The translations under genes and the position numbers were made by a program. From Planctomycetota bacterium (GTDB lineage Bacteria > Planctomycetota > Planctomycetia > Pirellulales > UBA1268): a DNA stretch of 33,427 nucleotides. A model generated the notes under the pieces. The model searched no databases. It was not told the DNA's origin and was given only the letters and a program-made list of their open reading frames with translations. This document shows, piece after piece, positions 19,202-29,835 of this stretch. Position 1 is the stretch's first letter. Each line of letters opens with the position of its first letter. The stretch covers positions 1 to 33,427 of the forward strand of contig JBJTAA010000374.1 of NCBI GenBank assembly GCA_046090525.1. The letters run 5' to 3'.

Positions 19202-19603
19202 ATGAGCGTCCAGATGGAACTCTCGCGGATCATCATCAGCGAGATCGACGACCAGCAGGTGGTCTACCTGACCGAAGTGGACGGCGACCGCACGTTCCCG
19301 ATCATCATCGGCCTGTTCGAGGCCACGAGCATCGACCGGCGGGTGAAGCACCAGCAGACGCCCCGGCCGCTGACGCACGACCTGCTCGTCGCGGCGGTGG
19401 AGATGCTCGGCGGCGAGTTTCAGGACGTGGTGATCTCCGAGCTCAAGGAGCACACCTACTACGCGGTGATCCGCGTGCTCAAGGATGGCGAGGTGATCGA
19501 GATCGATGCCCGGCCGTCCGACGCGATCGCCGTGGCCGTCACCTGCGAGCCCAACCTGCCCATCTACGTCGCCGACGACGTGCTCGAGAGCGTGCTCGGG
19601 TAG
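19202..19603 (+). CDS. Bifunctional nuclease family protein (DUF151 / BFN domain)
   Basis: 133 aa. Contains VVYLTEVDGDRTFPIIIGLFEATSI...RPLTHDL...ARPSDAIAVAV, typical of DUF151. AGGAG at 19190-19194. The long upstream extension in the ORF track is a valS shadow frame. Confidence 0.8.
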   Translation: MSVQMELSRIIISEIDDQQVVYLTEVDGDRTFPIIIGLFEATSIDRRVKHQQTPRPLTHDLLVAAVEMLGGEFQDVVISELKEHTYYAVIRVLKDGEVIEIDARPSDAIAVAVTCEPNLPIYVADDVLESVLG

Positions 19604-19610
19604 GCGATCT

Positions 19611-19677
19611 CAGGAGCCTGGCTTCGCCTCCGGGAGCCCGGGTCCGCCCCCAGGAGCCCGGTTCCGCCGGAACCGGG
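19611..19677 (+). repeat. Three tandem ~20-nt units (CAGGAGCCTGGCTTCGCCTC / CGGGAGCCCGGGTCCGCCCC / CAGGAGCCCGGTTCCGCCGG); the last forms the 21-nt palindrome CCCGGTTCCG-C-CGGAACCGGG
   Basis: Read directly; the palindrome is at 19657-19677. It lies just downstream of the DUF151 stop (19601-19603). The architecture matches 13479-13507 but the stem bases differ. Confidence 0.7.
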
Positions 19678-19700
19678 TCACACCTGACGCCGCGCTCTCT

Positions 19701-19733
19701 CTGATCCGGTCACGGCGTGACCGGACTCCTGGG
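19701..19733 (-). repeat. Stop-proximal hairpin unit downstream of lysC (exact inverted copy of 13480-13512)
   Basis: The minus strand reads TGA-CGC-CCAGGAGTCCGGTCACGCCGTGACCGGATCAG. The palindrome is at 19706-19724. The 33-nt exact match was verified base by base. Confidence 0.8.
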
Positions 19734-19735
19734 CG

Positions 19736-21523
<1,788 letters not shown>

Positions 21524-21569
21524 GCCTGATCCCCTTCGCGTCGTGCCCGGCGGGGCCGGGCTGGTTGAA

Positions 21570-22835
21570 TCAGCTGCCGAGGAACGTGCCCATCAGCGTC
21601 CAGCCCGGCTCGATCCGCGTGCCCGCCACCGCCGCGGTCCCCTCGTGATAGGCCGCCGCACCGTTGTGGGCGAGGCCGGTGCCGGCCATCACGAACGGCA
21701 CTGCTCCGCGGGAATGGGTCTTGGTGGCGATGAACGTGGGGTGGTCGGGGCAGACCAGGATCCGGTGCTCGCCGAGGGTGGCCAAGTGGGCGGCCAGCGG
21801 GGCCACGATCTTGGCGTCGATCTCCTCGATCGCTTTGACCTTCGCCGCCGCATCGCCCTGATGGCTGGCCTCGTCGGGGGCCTCGATGTGCACGCAGACG
21901 AGGTCGGCCGTGGCCAGTTCCTCGATGGCGGCCCGCCCCTTGGCGGCGTAGTCGGTGTCGAGGTAGCCGGTGGCGCCCACCACCTCCCGCCGGCTCCAGC
22001 CGGCGAGGGCGGCCAGGCCGCGGAGCAGGTCGACGGCCGTGATCATGATGCCCGAACGACCGTATTTCGACGTGAAGGGCTCGAACGCCGGCGCCCGGCC
22101 CGCCCCCCACAGCCAGACGTGCGTGGCGGGGCGACGCCCTTCGGCCACCCGCCGCCGGTTGACCGGATGGTCGGCCAGCCAGTCGGCGCTCCTGGCCATG
22201 ATCTCGGTGAGTAGCCGGCTCCCGGTGCCCCGTGGGAAGTGGTCCACCACGGGCTTGTCCATCAGGTCGTGCGGCGGGGTCGTGCGGAGGTCGGGGCCCA
22301 GGGGCAGGCCGGCGGCGGGATCCTCGGCGGCCTGCGCGGCACAGGTGCCTTCGCCGCGGTAGACGAGCAGGTTGCGGTAGCTCACGCCCGGCGTGAACGT
22401 CCACGCGGCGCTCAGGGCCGGGAAGTCGGCGGCCAGCCCCCGCTGGCAGGCGGCGAGCAGCTCCGCGGCCTCCTCGGTCGAGACGTGGCCGGCGGTGAAG
22501 TCCTCCATCACCCGCTGGCCATCGTGCGGGCGGATCGTGACCAGGTTGCACCGCACCGCCAGATCGCGGGGCCCCAGCACGATGTCCTTGGCCGCCGCCT
22601 CGATCGGGGCCCGCCCCGTGAAGAACACGAGCGGGTCGTAGCCCATCAGGCTCATGCAGGCCACCTCGGAGCCGGGGGGCAGCGAGTCGGGCACGTGGTT
22701 GGTGAGCCCCACCCGGCCGCGTGCGGCGAGCGCGTCCATGGCGGGGGTGTGGGCGGCTTCGAGCGGCGTCCGGCCGCCGAGCTTTGCCTGTGGCTCGTCC
22801 GCCGCCCCGTCGGGAATCACGATCACGCACTTCAT
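21570..22835 (-). CDS. Cofactor-independent phosphoglycerate mutase homologue, archaeal ApgM type; candidate non-canonical homoserine kinase
   Basis: 421 aa. MKCVIVIPDGAADEP...GRTPLEAAHTPAMDALA...PGSEVACMSLMGYDP is typical of ApgM/metalloenzyme superfamily proteins. The gene sits between hom (4-nt gap) and lysC (46-nt gap). Confidence 0.8.
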   Translation of the reverse strand: MKCVIVIPDGAADEPQAKLGGRTPLEAAHTPAMDALAARGRVGLTNHVPDSLPPGSEVACMSLMGYDPLVFFTGRAPIEAAAKDIVLGPRDLAVRCNLVTIRPHDGQRVMEDFTAGHVSTEEAAELLAACQRGLAADFPALSAAWTFTPGVSYRNLLVYRGEGTCAAQAAEDPAAGLPLGPDLRTTPPHDLMDKPVVDHFPRGTGSRLLTEIMARSADWLADHPVNRRRVAEGRRPATHVWLWGAGRAPAFEPFTSKYGRSGIMITAVDLLRGLAALAGWSRREVVGATGYLDTDYAAKGRAAIEELATADLVCVHIEAPDEASHQGDAAAKVKAIEEIDAKIVAPLAAHLATLGEHRILVCPDHPTFIATKTHSRGAVPFVMAGTGLAHNGAAAYHEGTAAVAGTRIEPGWTLMGTFLGS

Positions 22836-22839
22836 GCGG

Positions 22840-24165
22840 TCAGGCCTCCTGCCGCGGCCCGGCGGGCCGCCAGTCGTCGAGCACGGGCAGGCAGTCGCAC
22901 GCCCCCTGCACCACGGCCGAGCGGCCGATCTCGGTCAGGGCCAGCGCGACGGCGCTGGGCTGGCAGTCGTGGGTCATGATCACCAGCGGCACGGGGCCGC
23001 GGGTGCCGCTCTCGTGCTGGATCAGCGAGGCGATCGAGATGCCGTGGCGGCCGAGGATGCCCGAGATCTCGGCCATCACGCCGGGGCGGTCGAGCACCGG
23101 AATGCGGAGGAAGTGCCGCTGCGGCATCTCCACGCCCGCGATCCGGGCCGCGGGGCTCTCGGCGTCGAGGATCCCGGTGGCCTGGAAGGTGATCGCGGCC
23201 CGCCCCACGACGGTGTCGATGATGTCGGCGACCACGGCCGAGGCGGTCGGCATCTGCCCGGCGCCGAGCCCGTGGAAGAAGAGCCGGCCGACCGCGTCCC
23301 CCACGATGCTGACGGCGTTGTAGGCCCCCCGGGTCTCGGCGAGCGGGGTGCCCACCTTGACGAGCGTGGGCGAGACCCGCATCGCCAGCCGGCCGTCGAC
23401 CCGGGCGGCGCCCGCCACCAGGCGGATCCGGTAGCCGAGCTTGGCCGCGTAGGACATCAGGCCCTGGTCGATCTTTTCGATGCCGGTCCGCGGGATGTCG
23501 CGCCACGGCACCCAGACCCCGAAGGCGAGGTGCGAGAGGATCGCGAGCTTGTGGGCGGCGTCGGTGCCGTCCACGTCCATGGCCGGATCGGCCTCGGCAT
23601 AGCCCGCCTCCTGGGCCGCCCGCAGCACGGCTGCGTATTCGGCTCCTTCCTCCTCCATCTTCGAGAGGATGAAGTTGCTCGTGCCGTTCAGGATCCCGCG
23701 GATGCTCTCGATGCGGTTGGCGCTCAGGCACTGCCCGATCGCGGCCACGATCGGGATCCCGCCGGCGGCGGCGGCCTCAAAGGCGATCGAGCGGCCCAGG
23801 CGGCGGGCCAGATCGAAGAGCTCGGGGCCGTGCTCCGCAATCAGCGCCTTGTTCGCCGTCACCACGTCCTTGCCGTGCTCCAACAGATCGATCGCCATCG
23901 AGCGGGCGGGCTCGAGTCCGCCCACGAGCAAAGCGGCGACGGAGATCGACTCGTCGCGGGAGACGGTGCGGATGTCGGTCGAGATGCGGTCGGCCGGCAG
24001 CGGCAGGTCGCGCCGCTTCCCGGGATCCTTGACCACGGCCCGCTCGACCACGATCTCGCGACCGGCATGCCGCGTGATGTGCTCGGCCGACCCGACGAGC
24101 AGGCGAACCACGCCCGAGCCGACCGTGCCGAGGCCGACGACACCGACGCGGACAGGCTCGTTCAT
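22840..24165 (-). CDS. hom: Homoserine dehydrogenase with C-terminal ACT domain
   Basis: 441 aa. It has VGVVGLGTVGSGV (NAD fold), GGIPI, ILNGTSNFIL, and a C-terminal ACT region (RIPVLDRPGVMAEISGILGRHGISIASL). Confidence 0.93.
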   Translation of the reverse strand: MNEPVRVGVVGLGTVGSGVVRLLVGSAEHITRHAGREIVVERAVVKDPGKRRDLPLPADRISTDIRTVSRDESISVAALLVGGLEPARSMAIDLLEHGKDVVTANKALIAEHGPELFDLARRLGRSIAFEAAAAGGIPIVAAIGQCLSANRIESIRGILNGTSNFILSKMEEEGAEYAAVLRAAQEAGYAEADPAMDVDGTDAAHKLAILSHLAFGVWVPWRDIPRTGIEKIDQGLMSYAAKLGYRIRLVAGAARVDGRLAMRVSPTLVKVGTPLAETRGAYNAVSIVGDAVGRLFFHGLGAGQMPTASAVVADIIDTVVGRAAITFQATGILDAESPAARIAGVEMPQRHFLRIPVLDRPGVMAEISGILGRHGISIASLIQHESGTRGPVPLVIMTHDCQPSAVALALTEIGRSAVVQGACDCLPVLDDWRPAGPRQEA

Positions 24166-24381
24166 TTGGGGGCGGGTGGGAAATGGGAAGGGCCGGACGC
24201 CGTTCGATCCTACCGAGCATAGGCCGCGCCCGGAAGCAAGGCGGGTCGCCGGCGGGTTGTGAGGATTATGCGGGCGGCCGGACGGGGCGGGGATGAATCC
24301 GCAGCGGTTCCCGCATCACAATGAGGCTCCGCGGTGCGACCCCCAAGCGCCGCCGCCCCGGCTCCCCGAAGGCCGCATTCG

Positions 24382-26019
24382 ATGCCCGCTCCGCCAGCCA
24401 GCGCTCCAGGCCGCCGCGCGCTCCTCGACCGCCTCGCCGGCCGCGGCGAGCCGCTCGATGTGGTCGTCATCGGCGGCGGGGCCACGGGCCTGGGCGTGGC
24501 CGTCGACGCCGCGGCCCGGGGATTCTCCGTCGCGCTCTTCGAGCGCGACGACTTCGCCCAGGGCACGTCGAGTCGGGCGACGAAGCTCGTGCATGGCGGC
24601 GTGCGCTACCTCGCCCAGGGCGACGTGTCGCTGGTGCGGGAGGCGCTTCGCGAGCGGGCGATCGTGCTCGCGAATGCACCCCATCTCGCCTCCGCTCTGC
24701 CCTTCGTGCTGCCCGTGTATGGCTGGCGCGGGCGGCTGTGGGAGCGGTGGTTCTACGGCGCGGGCCTGGCGGCCTACGACCTGCTCGCCGGTAGCGCGGC
24801 CCTCGGCCGGACCGGCCTGCCGGGCCCCCGGCGGCTGCTCGCGCTGGCACCGGGCACGCGCGGTGCGGGGCTGGCCGGCGGCGTGACCTACGTCGACGGC
24901 CAGTTCGACGATGCCCGGCTGGCCGTCGCCCTGGCCCGCACGGCCGCCGCCCACGGGGCGATCCTGCTCAACCACTGCCGGGTCGTCGGCCTCGCTGACG
25001 ACGGCCGCGGCACCGCGACCGCCACGCTGCGCGGCGTCGAGGTCGAGGATCGTGAGACGGGGCGCCGGCTCGCCGTGGCCGCCCGCTGCGTGGTGAACGC
25101 GACCGGCGTCTGGGTGGACGCGGTGCGGCGGCTCGACGACGCGTCGGCCGCGACGATGGTCACGCCCAGCCAGGGGGCGCACCTGGTGGTGGACCGCGAG
25201 TTCTTCCCGGGTGAACGGGCCCTGATCGTGCCGCGGACGAGCGACGGCCGCGTCTTGTTCGCGGTGCCCTGGCTGGGGAAGGTCATCCTCGGCACGACCG
25301 ACACGCCGCGAGAAGACCTGCCGCTCGAGCCACGGCCGCTCGCCGAGGAGGTCGACTTCATCCTCGCCGAGGCGGCCAACTACCTGGCCCGACCACCCCG
25401 TCGGGGCGATGTCCTGAGCGCCTGGGCCGGTCTGAGGCCGCTCGTGAAGCCGCCGCGGGCTGACGACCGCGACACCAAGCGGATCTCCCGGGAGCACGCG
25501 ATCGAGATTTCGCGGCACGGCCTCGTGACCGTCACCGGCGGCAAGTGGACCACGTATCGCGCGATGGCCGAAGACGTGCTCGCGGCCTGCTTCACGGCCG
25601 GGCTGCTCCCGGAGCGACCGGCCGGCGTGACCCGCACGCTCCGGCTCGTGGGCGCTCCGGCGTCGGGCACGGCCACGGTGCCGCTCTCGGCTCCGCCCGG
25701 GCTTCATCTCTACGGGTGCGAGGCGGCGGTCGTCGCGGCGCTCCCGGGCGCAGGCCGCGAGCTGCTGCCGGGCCTCACCGAGGCGATGGTCCGGTTCGCC
25801 GTGCGGCACGAGTTCGCCCGCACGGTCGAGGACGTGCTCGCCCGCCGCTCGCGGTGGCTGTTTCTCGACGCCGCCGCCGCTGCCGGCGTGGCCGACGACG
25901 TGGCCGCGATCATGGCCGACGAACTGGCCGCCGATCGTCACAGTCCCTTCGATGCCGGCGGCTCGGCGGCGGCGTTCGCCCGGCTCGCGGCGGCCTACCG
26001 GCTCGACCGAAGCGGCTGA
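24382..26019 (+). CDS. glpD: FAD-dependent glycerol-3-phosphate dehydrogenase
   Basis: Contains VVVIGGGATGLGVAVDAAARG and GTSSRATKLVHGGVRYL, with a GlpD-type C-terminal domain. The ATG at 24382 was chosen; an in-frame GTG at 24334 is an alternative start. Confidence 0.85.
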   Translation: MPAPPASAPGRRALLDRLAGRGEPLDVVVIGGGATGLGVAVDAAARGFSVALFERDDFAQGTSSRATKLVHGGVRYLAQGDVSLVREALRERAIVLANAPHLASALPFVLPVYGWRGRLWERWFYGAGLAAYDLLAGSAALGRTGLPGPRRLLALAPGTRGAGLAGGVTYVDGQFDDARLAVALARTAAAHGAILLNHCRVVGLADDGRGTATATLRGVEVEDRETGRRLAVAARCVVNATGVWVDAVRRLDDASAATMVTPSQGAHLVVDREFFPGERALIVPRTSDGRVLFAVPWLGKVILGTTDTPREDLPLEPRPLAEEVDFILAEAANYLARPPRRGDVLSAWAGLRPLVKPPRADDRDTKRISREHAIEISRHGLVTVTGGKWTTYRAMAEDVLAACFTAGLLPERPAGVTRTLRLVGAPASGTATVPLSAPPGLHLYGCEAAVVAALPGAGRELLPGLTEAMVRFAVRHEFARTVEDVLARRSRWLFLDAAAAAGVADDVAAIMADELAADRHSPFDAGGSAAAFARLAAAYRLDRSG

Positions 26020-26031
26020 GCCGGCGGCGCT

Positions 26032-26994
26032 TCAGCCGGGCGGGGCGTCGTGGGTCGACCTGCCGAGATCCACGAGCACGGCCTCGATCCGCTCGGCGAT
26101 GCCGCCGGCGGCGGCGGCGAGCCGCGCCCGCTGCCCCTCCGCCAACGGCTGGCGGCCGCTGCCGAACCGGAAGCCCCGCAGTTCCGCGGCCAGCCGGAAT
26201 CCCTCGGGAAAATCCCCGGCGGCGAAGATCCGGTCGAAGAGGTCGAGCAGTCGATACTGCAGGGTGAAGGCGTCGGCGATCCTGCCCGCACGGGTCAGGT
26301 CGTAGATCGCCCGCGTCAGTTCCGGCACGACGCCGCTGGTCGCATGGGTGCCGCCGTCGCAGCCGGCCAGCAGCATCGGCACGAGCGCCGCTTCCCAGCC
26401 GGTCATGAACACGAAGTCGGGCCGCATCGGCCGCACCGCCGCGATCAGCCGCATCATGCCCGGGAGATCGCCCGAGGAATCCTTGATGCCGATGATTCGT
26501 TCGTGCTCCGCCAGGCGGCGGACCGTGTCGAGCTCGATCGGGCTGGCGAGCATCGGGATGCTGTAGAGCGTGACGTCGATCGGGCTCGAGCGGGCGATCT
26601 CGCGAAAGTAGGCGAGGATGCTCTCCTGCGAGAGCCGATAATAGATCGGCGACACGATCGCCACCGCTCGCGCCCCGTAGCCGCGGTAGGCCTCGCAGGC
26701 AGCGAGCGTCTCCTTCACGTTGGCCTCCGCCGCCCCGGCGAGCACGGGCACCCGGCCGGCGGCCTGCTCGCAGACGATCCGGATCACCCGGCGGCGCTCC
26801 TCGACGCTGAAGCGGGTGAACTCGCCCGTCGAACCGTTGGGGTACAGGCCATGCACGCCCCTGGCGATCAGCCAGTCCACGTAGCGGCGGAGCTCAGGCT
26901 CGTCGATCGAGCCGTCGGCTGCCAGCGGCACCATGTGGGGCGTGAGGATGCCGTGGATGCGGTCGGCGGACCGCGGCGGAGCGGATGGGCTCAT
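26032..26994 (-). CDS. Dihydrodipicolinate synthase / N-acetylneuraminate lyase family class I aldolase (specificity unclear)
   Basis: The start was trimmed to the ATG at 26994. 320 aa. It has the GSTGEF motif and IGIKDSSG (Schiff-base Lys). GSTGE rather than GTTGE argues against assigning it as bona fide DapA. Confidence 0.75.
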   Translation of the reverse strand: MSPSAPPRSADRIHGILTPHMVPLAADGSIDEPELRRYVDWLIARGVHGLYPNGSTGEFTRFSVEERRRVIRIVCEQAAGRVPVLAGAAEANVKETLAACEAYRGYGARAVAIVSPIYYRLSQESILAYFREIARSSPIDVTLYSIPMLASPIELDTVRRLAEHERIIGIKDSSGDLPGMMRLIAAVRPMRPDFVFMTGWEAALVPMLLAGCDGGTHATSGVVPELTRAIYDLTRAGRIADAFTLQYRLLDLFDRIFAAGDFPEGFRLAAELRGFRFGSGRQPLAEGQRARLAAAAGGIAERIEAVLVDLGRSTHDAPPG

Positions 26995-27110
26995 GGGTGG
27001 GGCCGGCGGTGCGGTCTTGCAGGTCCGATAGAGAAGCGCGGGCGGAAGAATAGCATCCGCTGCGCGATCCCGGGCTGCCAGACCGACTCGCCGGCCTGCG
27101 GTATCCCGCG

Positions 27111-28022
27111 TTACGGTCGCGGCGGCGTCCCACCCAGGCACGGGCAGTCGGGCGGCACGATCAGGCCCAGGCTCCCCGGCTCGCAGGCGAACCGCAGCCG
27201 GCTGGCCCGCATGGGTTCGCCGTCGAGGTTCACCGGCACGGCCGCGGCGGCCTCGACTTCGAGCCAGGGAAGCCGGCGGTGCACCGCGAACACGCCGTCG
27301 TCGCGCCGGTGCAGCAACTCGTCGATCACCTGCGGCACGCTCGTGACCGGAAACGGACGGAGGAAGACCGCGTCGAGCAGCCCGTCGTCGATCAGGGCCG
27401 TGGGGGCGAGGGCCTGCCCGCCACCGGCCTGGCGACCGTTGCAGATCGCCGCCACGACGAAGCCGCCCTCCACCACGCCGGCCGGCGTGCGGATCGTCAC
27501 CTCGTAGGGCCGGAAGTCGATCGCCTTGAGCAGGCCCATCAGCGTGTAGGCACCACCACCCAGAAAGTTTTTGAGCGGCAGGGGCGTGTCGGCGGTGATC
27601 TCCGCGCCGAAGCCGCCCGAGGCCACGTTGACGAACACCGCGTCGTTGCAGCGGCCGATGTCGACGGGCACGGGCCCTCCCCGGACGGCCAGCAGGAGGG
27701 CCGCCTCCGGCTCCGCCGGAATGCCGCAGGCCGTCGCGAAGTCGTTGGCCGTGCCGAGCGGCAGGATGCCGAGGGCGGGCCGCCGGGCGGCCTCGAGCGC
27801 CGCGAGCCCCGCGGCCACCTCGTTGACGCTGCCGTCGCCGCCGCCGGCGATCACGCGGTCCACGCCCTCGTGGGCGGCTTCGGCCACGAGCCGGGCGGCG
27901 TCACCCCGTTCCCAAGTGACGCGGACTTCGAGATCGTGCCCGGCCTCGCGGACAGCGATCACGGCGGCCCGCACGTCGGGCCGGCCGGCCTTCTTGCCAT
28001 TGAGAATCAGCCTGGCCCGCAT
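27111..28022 (-). CDS. Diacylglycerol kinase-family lipid kinase (YegS/BmrU type)
   Basis: 303 aa. It has [21 protein letters not shown] and [13 protein letters not shown] motifs. Confidence 0.85.
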   Translation of the reverse strand: MRARLILNGKKAGRPDVRAAVIAVREAGHDLEVRVTWERGDAARLVAEAAHEGVDRVIAGGGDGSVNEVAAGLAALEAARRPALGILPLGTANDFATACGIPAEPEAALLLAVRGGPVPVDIGRCNDAVFVNVASGGFGAEITADTPLPLKNFLGGGAYTLMGLLKAIDFRPYEVTIRTPAGVVEGGFVVAAICNGRQAGGGQALAPTALIDDGLLDAVFLRPFPVTSVPQVIDELLHRRDDGVFAVHRRLPWLEVEAAAAVPVNLDGEPMRASRLRFACEPGSLGLIVPPDCPCLGGTPPRP

Positions 28023-28213
28023 GCGATCGGCCCCGAGGTGGATAGCTCACGATAGCCCTGCCCTGCGGCCGCCCACAAGTCGCCCGCTCCCCTGGCCCTC
28101 ACGCGGCCTCACCGCGAGCCCGCCGTGCGCAGACGGCCAGCCGATGAGCGGGTATGACTTGGTGTTCCACCCGACCGTTGCCCCCGCCCCCACAGCCCAG
28201 GAGCCCCCCGCCG

Positions 28214-29275
28214 ATGGAGTCCGCCGCCCGTGAGTTTCTCTGGAGCCTCCTTCACACGCCGAGCGCCTCGGGCTACGAGCAGCCGGTGCAGAAGCTCGTC
28301 CGCGACTATCTGGCGGGCTGTGCCGACACGGTCACGACCGACTCGCATGGCAACGTCATCGGCGGCAAGCGGGGGACGGGCAGCCAGCGGATGATGCTGG
28401 CGGGCCACTGCGACCAGATCGGCCTGATCGTGCAATACATCGACTCCGAGGGCTTCATCTCGGTGCAGCCGATCGGCGGCTGGGATCCGATCCAGCTGAT
28501 CGGGGCCCGCGTCACGATCTGGACGGCCAACGGGCCGGTGCCGGGCGTGATGAGCCGCAAGCCGATCCACCTGCTCACCGAGGACGAGCGGAAGCAGGTG
28601 CCGAAGATGAAGGACCTCTGGATCGACATCGGCGCGACCGACAAGGCCGACTGCGAGAGCGCCGTGCGGGTGGGCGACTCGATCACGCTCGAGTTCAAGG
28701 CCCAGGAACTCCGCAACGGCCGGGCCGTCTCGGTGGCCATGGACGACAAGATCGGGCTGTGGGTCGTGCTGGAGGGCTTCCGCCGGGCGGTGGCGGCCGG
28801 TCCCCTGCCCTGCAGCCTGTTCGTGGCCTCGACCGTGCAGGAGGAGATCGGCCTGCGGGGCGCGCAGACCAGCGCGCACGGGGTCGATCCCACGGTTGCG
28901 ATCGCCGTGGACGTGACGCACGCCACCGACTGTCCGACGATCGACAAGAAGAGCGAGGGCGACCTCGGCCTCGGGAAGGGCCCGGTGGTCTATCGCGGCC
29001 CCAACATGAATCCGCATGTCGTCGACCGGCTGCTCAAGGTGGCGGCGGCCGGCGGAATCCCCGTCCAACTCGCGGCCAGCGGCCGGGCCACCCCGAACGA
29101 CGCCAACGCCCTGCAGACCACGCGGTCCGGCGTGGCCACGGGCCTGGTGAGCATCGCCAACCGCTACATGCACTCGGCCGTCGAGATGGTCTCGCTCGAC
29201 GACGCCGACCGCGCCGCGGACCTGCTGGCCGCCTTCTGCCGCGGCCTGGAGGGCGACATCGACTGGGCGCCGTGA
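28214..29275 (+). CDS. M42 family metallopeptidase (glutamyl aminopeptidase / FrvX-like)
   Basis: The start was trimmed to the ATG at 28214 (AGGAG 10 nt upstream). It has TPSASGYEQPV, LAGHCDQIGL, AMDDKIG, STVQEEIGLRGA and MHSAVEMV. Confidence 0.85.
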   Translation: MESAAREFLWSLLHTPSASGYEQPVQKLVRDYLAGCADTVTTDSHGNVIGGKRGTGSQRMMLAGHCDQIGLIVQYIDSEGFISVQPIGGWDPIQLIGARVTIWTANGPVPGVMSRKPIHLLTEDERKQVPKMKDLWIDIGATDKADCESAVRVGDSITLEFKAQELRNGRAVSVAMDDKIGLWVVLEGFRRAVAAGPLPCSLFVASTVQEEIGLRGAQTSAHGVDPTVAIAVDVTHATDCPTIDKKSEGDLGLGKGPVVYRGPNMNPHVVDRLLKVAAAGGIPVQLAASGRATPNDANALQTTRSGVATGLVSIANRYMHSAVEMVSLDDADRAADLLAAFCRGLEGDIDWAP

Positions 29276-29308
29276 GGCCGGGCGGATCGGGCCCACCGCC
29301 GTCCGTGG

Positions 29309-29327
29309 GGCAGGCTTGGAGCCTGCC
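29309..29327 (+). terminator. GC hairpin GGCAGGC-TTGGA-GCCTGCC downstream of the M42 gene
   Basis: Inverted repeat read directly. It has the same stem as the hairpin at 1069-1087. No U-tract follows. Confidence 0.35.
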
Positions 29328-29397
29328 GACGACAGGTGAGGTCCGGCGAGAATTCCGCGGGCAAGATGCCCGCGGCTACTGATGCTGCCACGGGCCT

Positions 29398-29536
29398 GCG
29401 AGGGGTCGCCCGTGCCCTGGAGCCGGCGTAGCTGGCAAGCGAAGCCATGGATGGCGAAGCGCAGCCAGGTCCGAGTGAGCGGAGGCCAGGATGGCCGGAG
29501 CGAACGTCCGGCGACGGGGCACGGGCGACCCCGAGC
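29398..29536 (+). repeat. Structured intergenic element, copy C (139 nt)
   Basis: GCGAGGGGTCGCCCGTGCC (29398-29416) pairs with GGCACGGGCGACCCCGAGC (29518-29536). It is the same length and block order as copy A, with compensated internal stems (CTGGC/GCCAG, GCCA-TGGA-TGGC, GGCCA-GGA-TGGCC). Confidence 0.85.
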
Positions 29537-29550
29537 CGCGCGACAGTTGG

Positions 29551-29620
29551 GCGTGACGAGGCGTGACCCGGTCACGGCGTGACCGGGCTCCTAGGGCGTG
29601 ACCGGGCTCCTGGGCGTGCC
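29551..29620 (-). repeat. Tandem array of the 19-nt unit (plus strand GCGTGACCGGGCTCCTRGG), including the 21-nt palindrome CCCGGTCACG-G-CGTGACCGGG
   Basis: GCGTGAC restarts at 29551, 29561, 29577 and 29596. The units at 29577-29595 and 29596-29614 are 18/19 identical. The palindrome is at 29567-29587. This is the same family as 13479-13512 and 19701-19733. Confidence 0.75.
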
Positions 29621-29835
29621 GCGGCTCGAGGCCACCTCAGACCCTGCCAAAACGGCACGGGCTGAACTCGGAGCGCCCTGGAGCCGGGTTTTTTTAGCAG
29701 TTTTTCCCGGGTGATCCGGGGCCTCGGCTGCTGCGGCACGCGGGTTGCATTCCTCTGGGGCAACCCGTCATGGGCCTGCCAAAACGGTCGCGGACGACCG
29801 CGGTTTGGCCCCAGCCCTCCGGAGGAGATGTTGTC

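Noticed and set aside
21545-21561. The hairpin GCCCGG-CGGGG-CCGGGC in the 46-nt spacer between the ApgM-like gene and lysC, as a lysine or threonine attenuator.
   Set aside because: The spacer is too short for a riboswitch or leader peptide. A single 6-bp stem in GC-rich DNA is expected by chance. It is kept only as a possible minor processing or pausing site.
29551-29620. The tandem 19-20 nt repeats (here and at 19611-19670) as a possible CRISPR array.
   Set aside because: The units are directly abutting with no spacers, are far shorter than CRISPR repeats, number only 3-4, and no cas genes are nearby.
29689-29720. A possible CIRCE (HrcA operator) upstream of groEL1, suggested by TTAGCAG at 29694-29700.
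   Set aside because: Only a partial left half-site is present. The sequence 9 nt downstream (TGATCCGGG) does not match GAGTGCTAA, so there is no inverted repeat. No CIRCE-like palindrome occurs before groES or groEL2 either.
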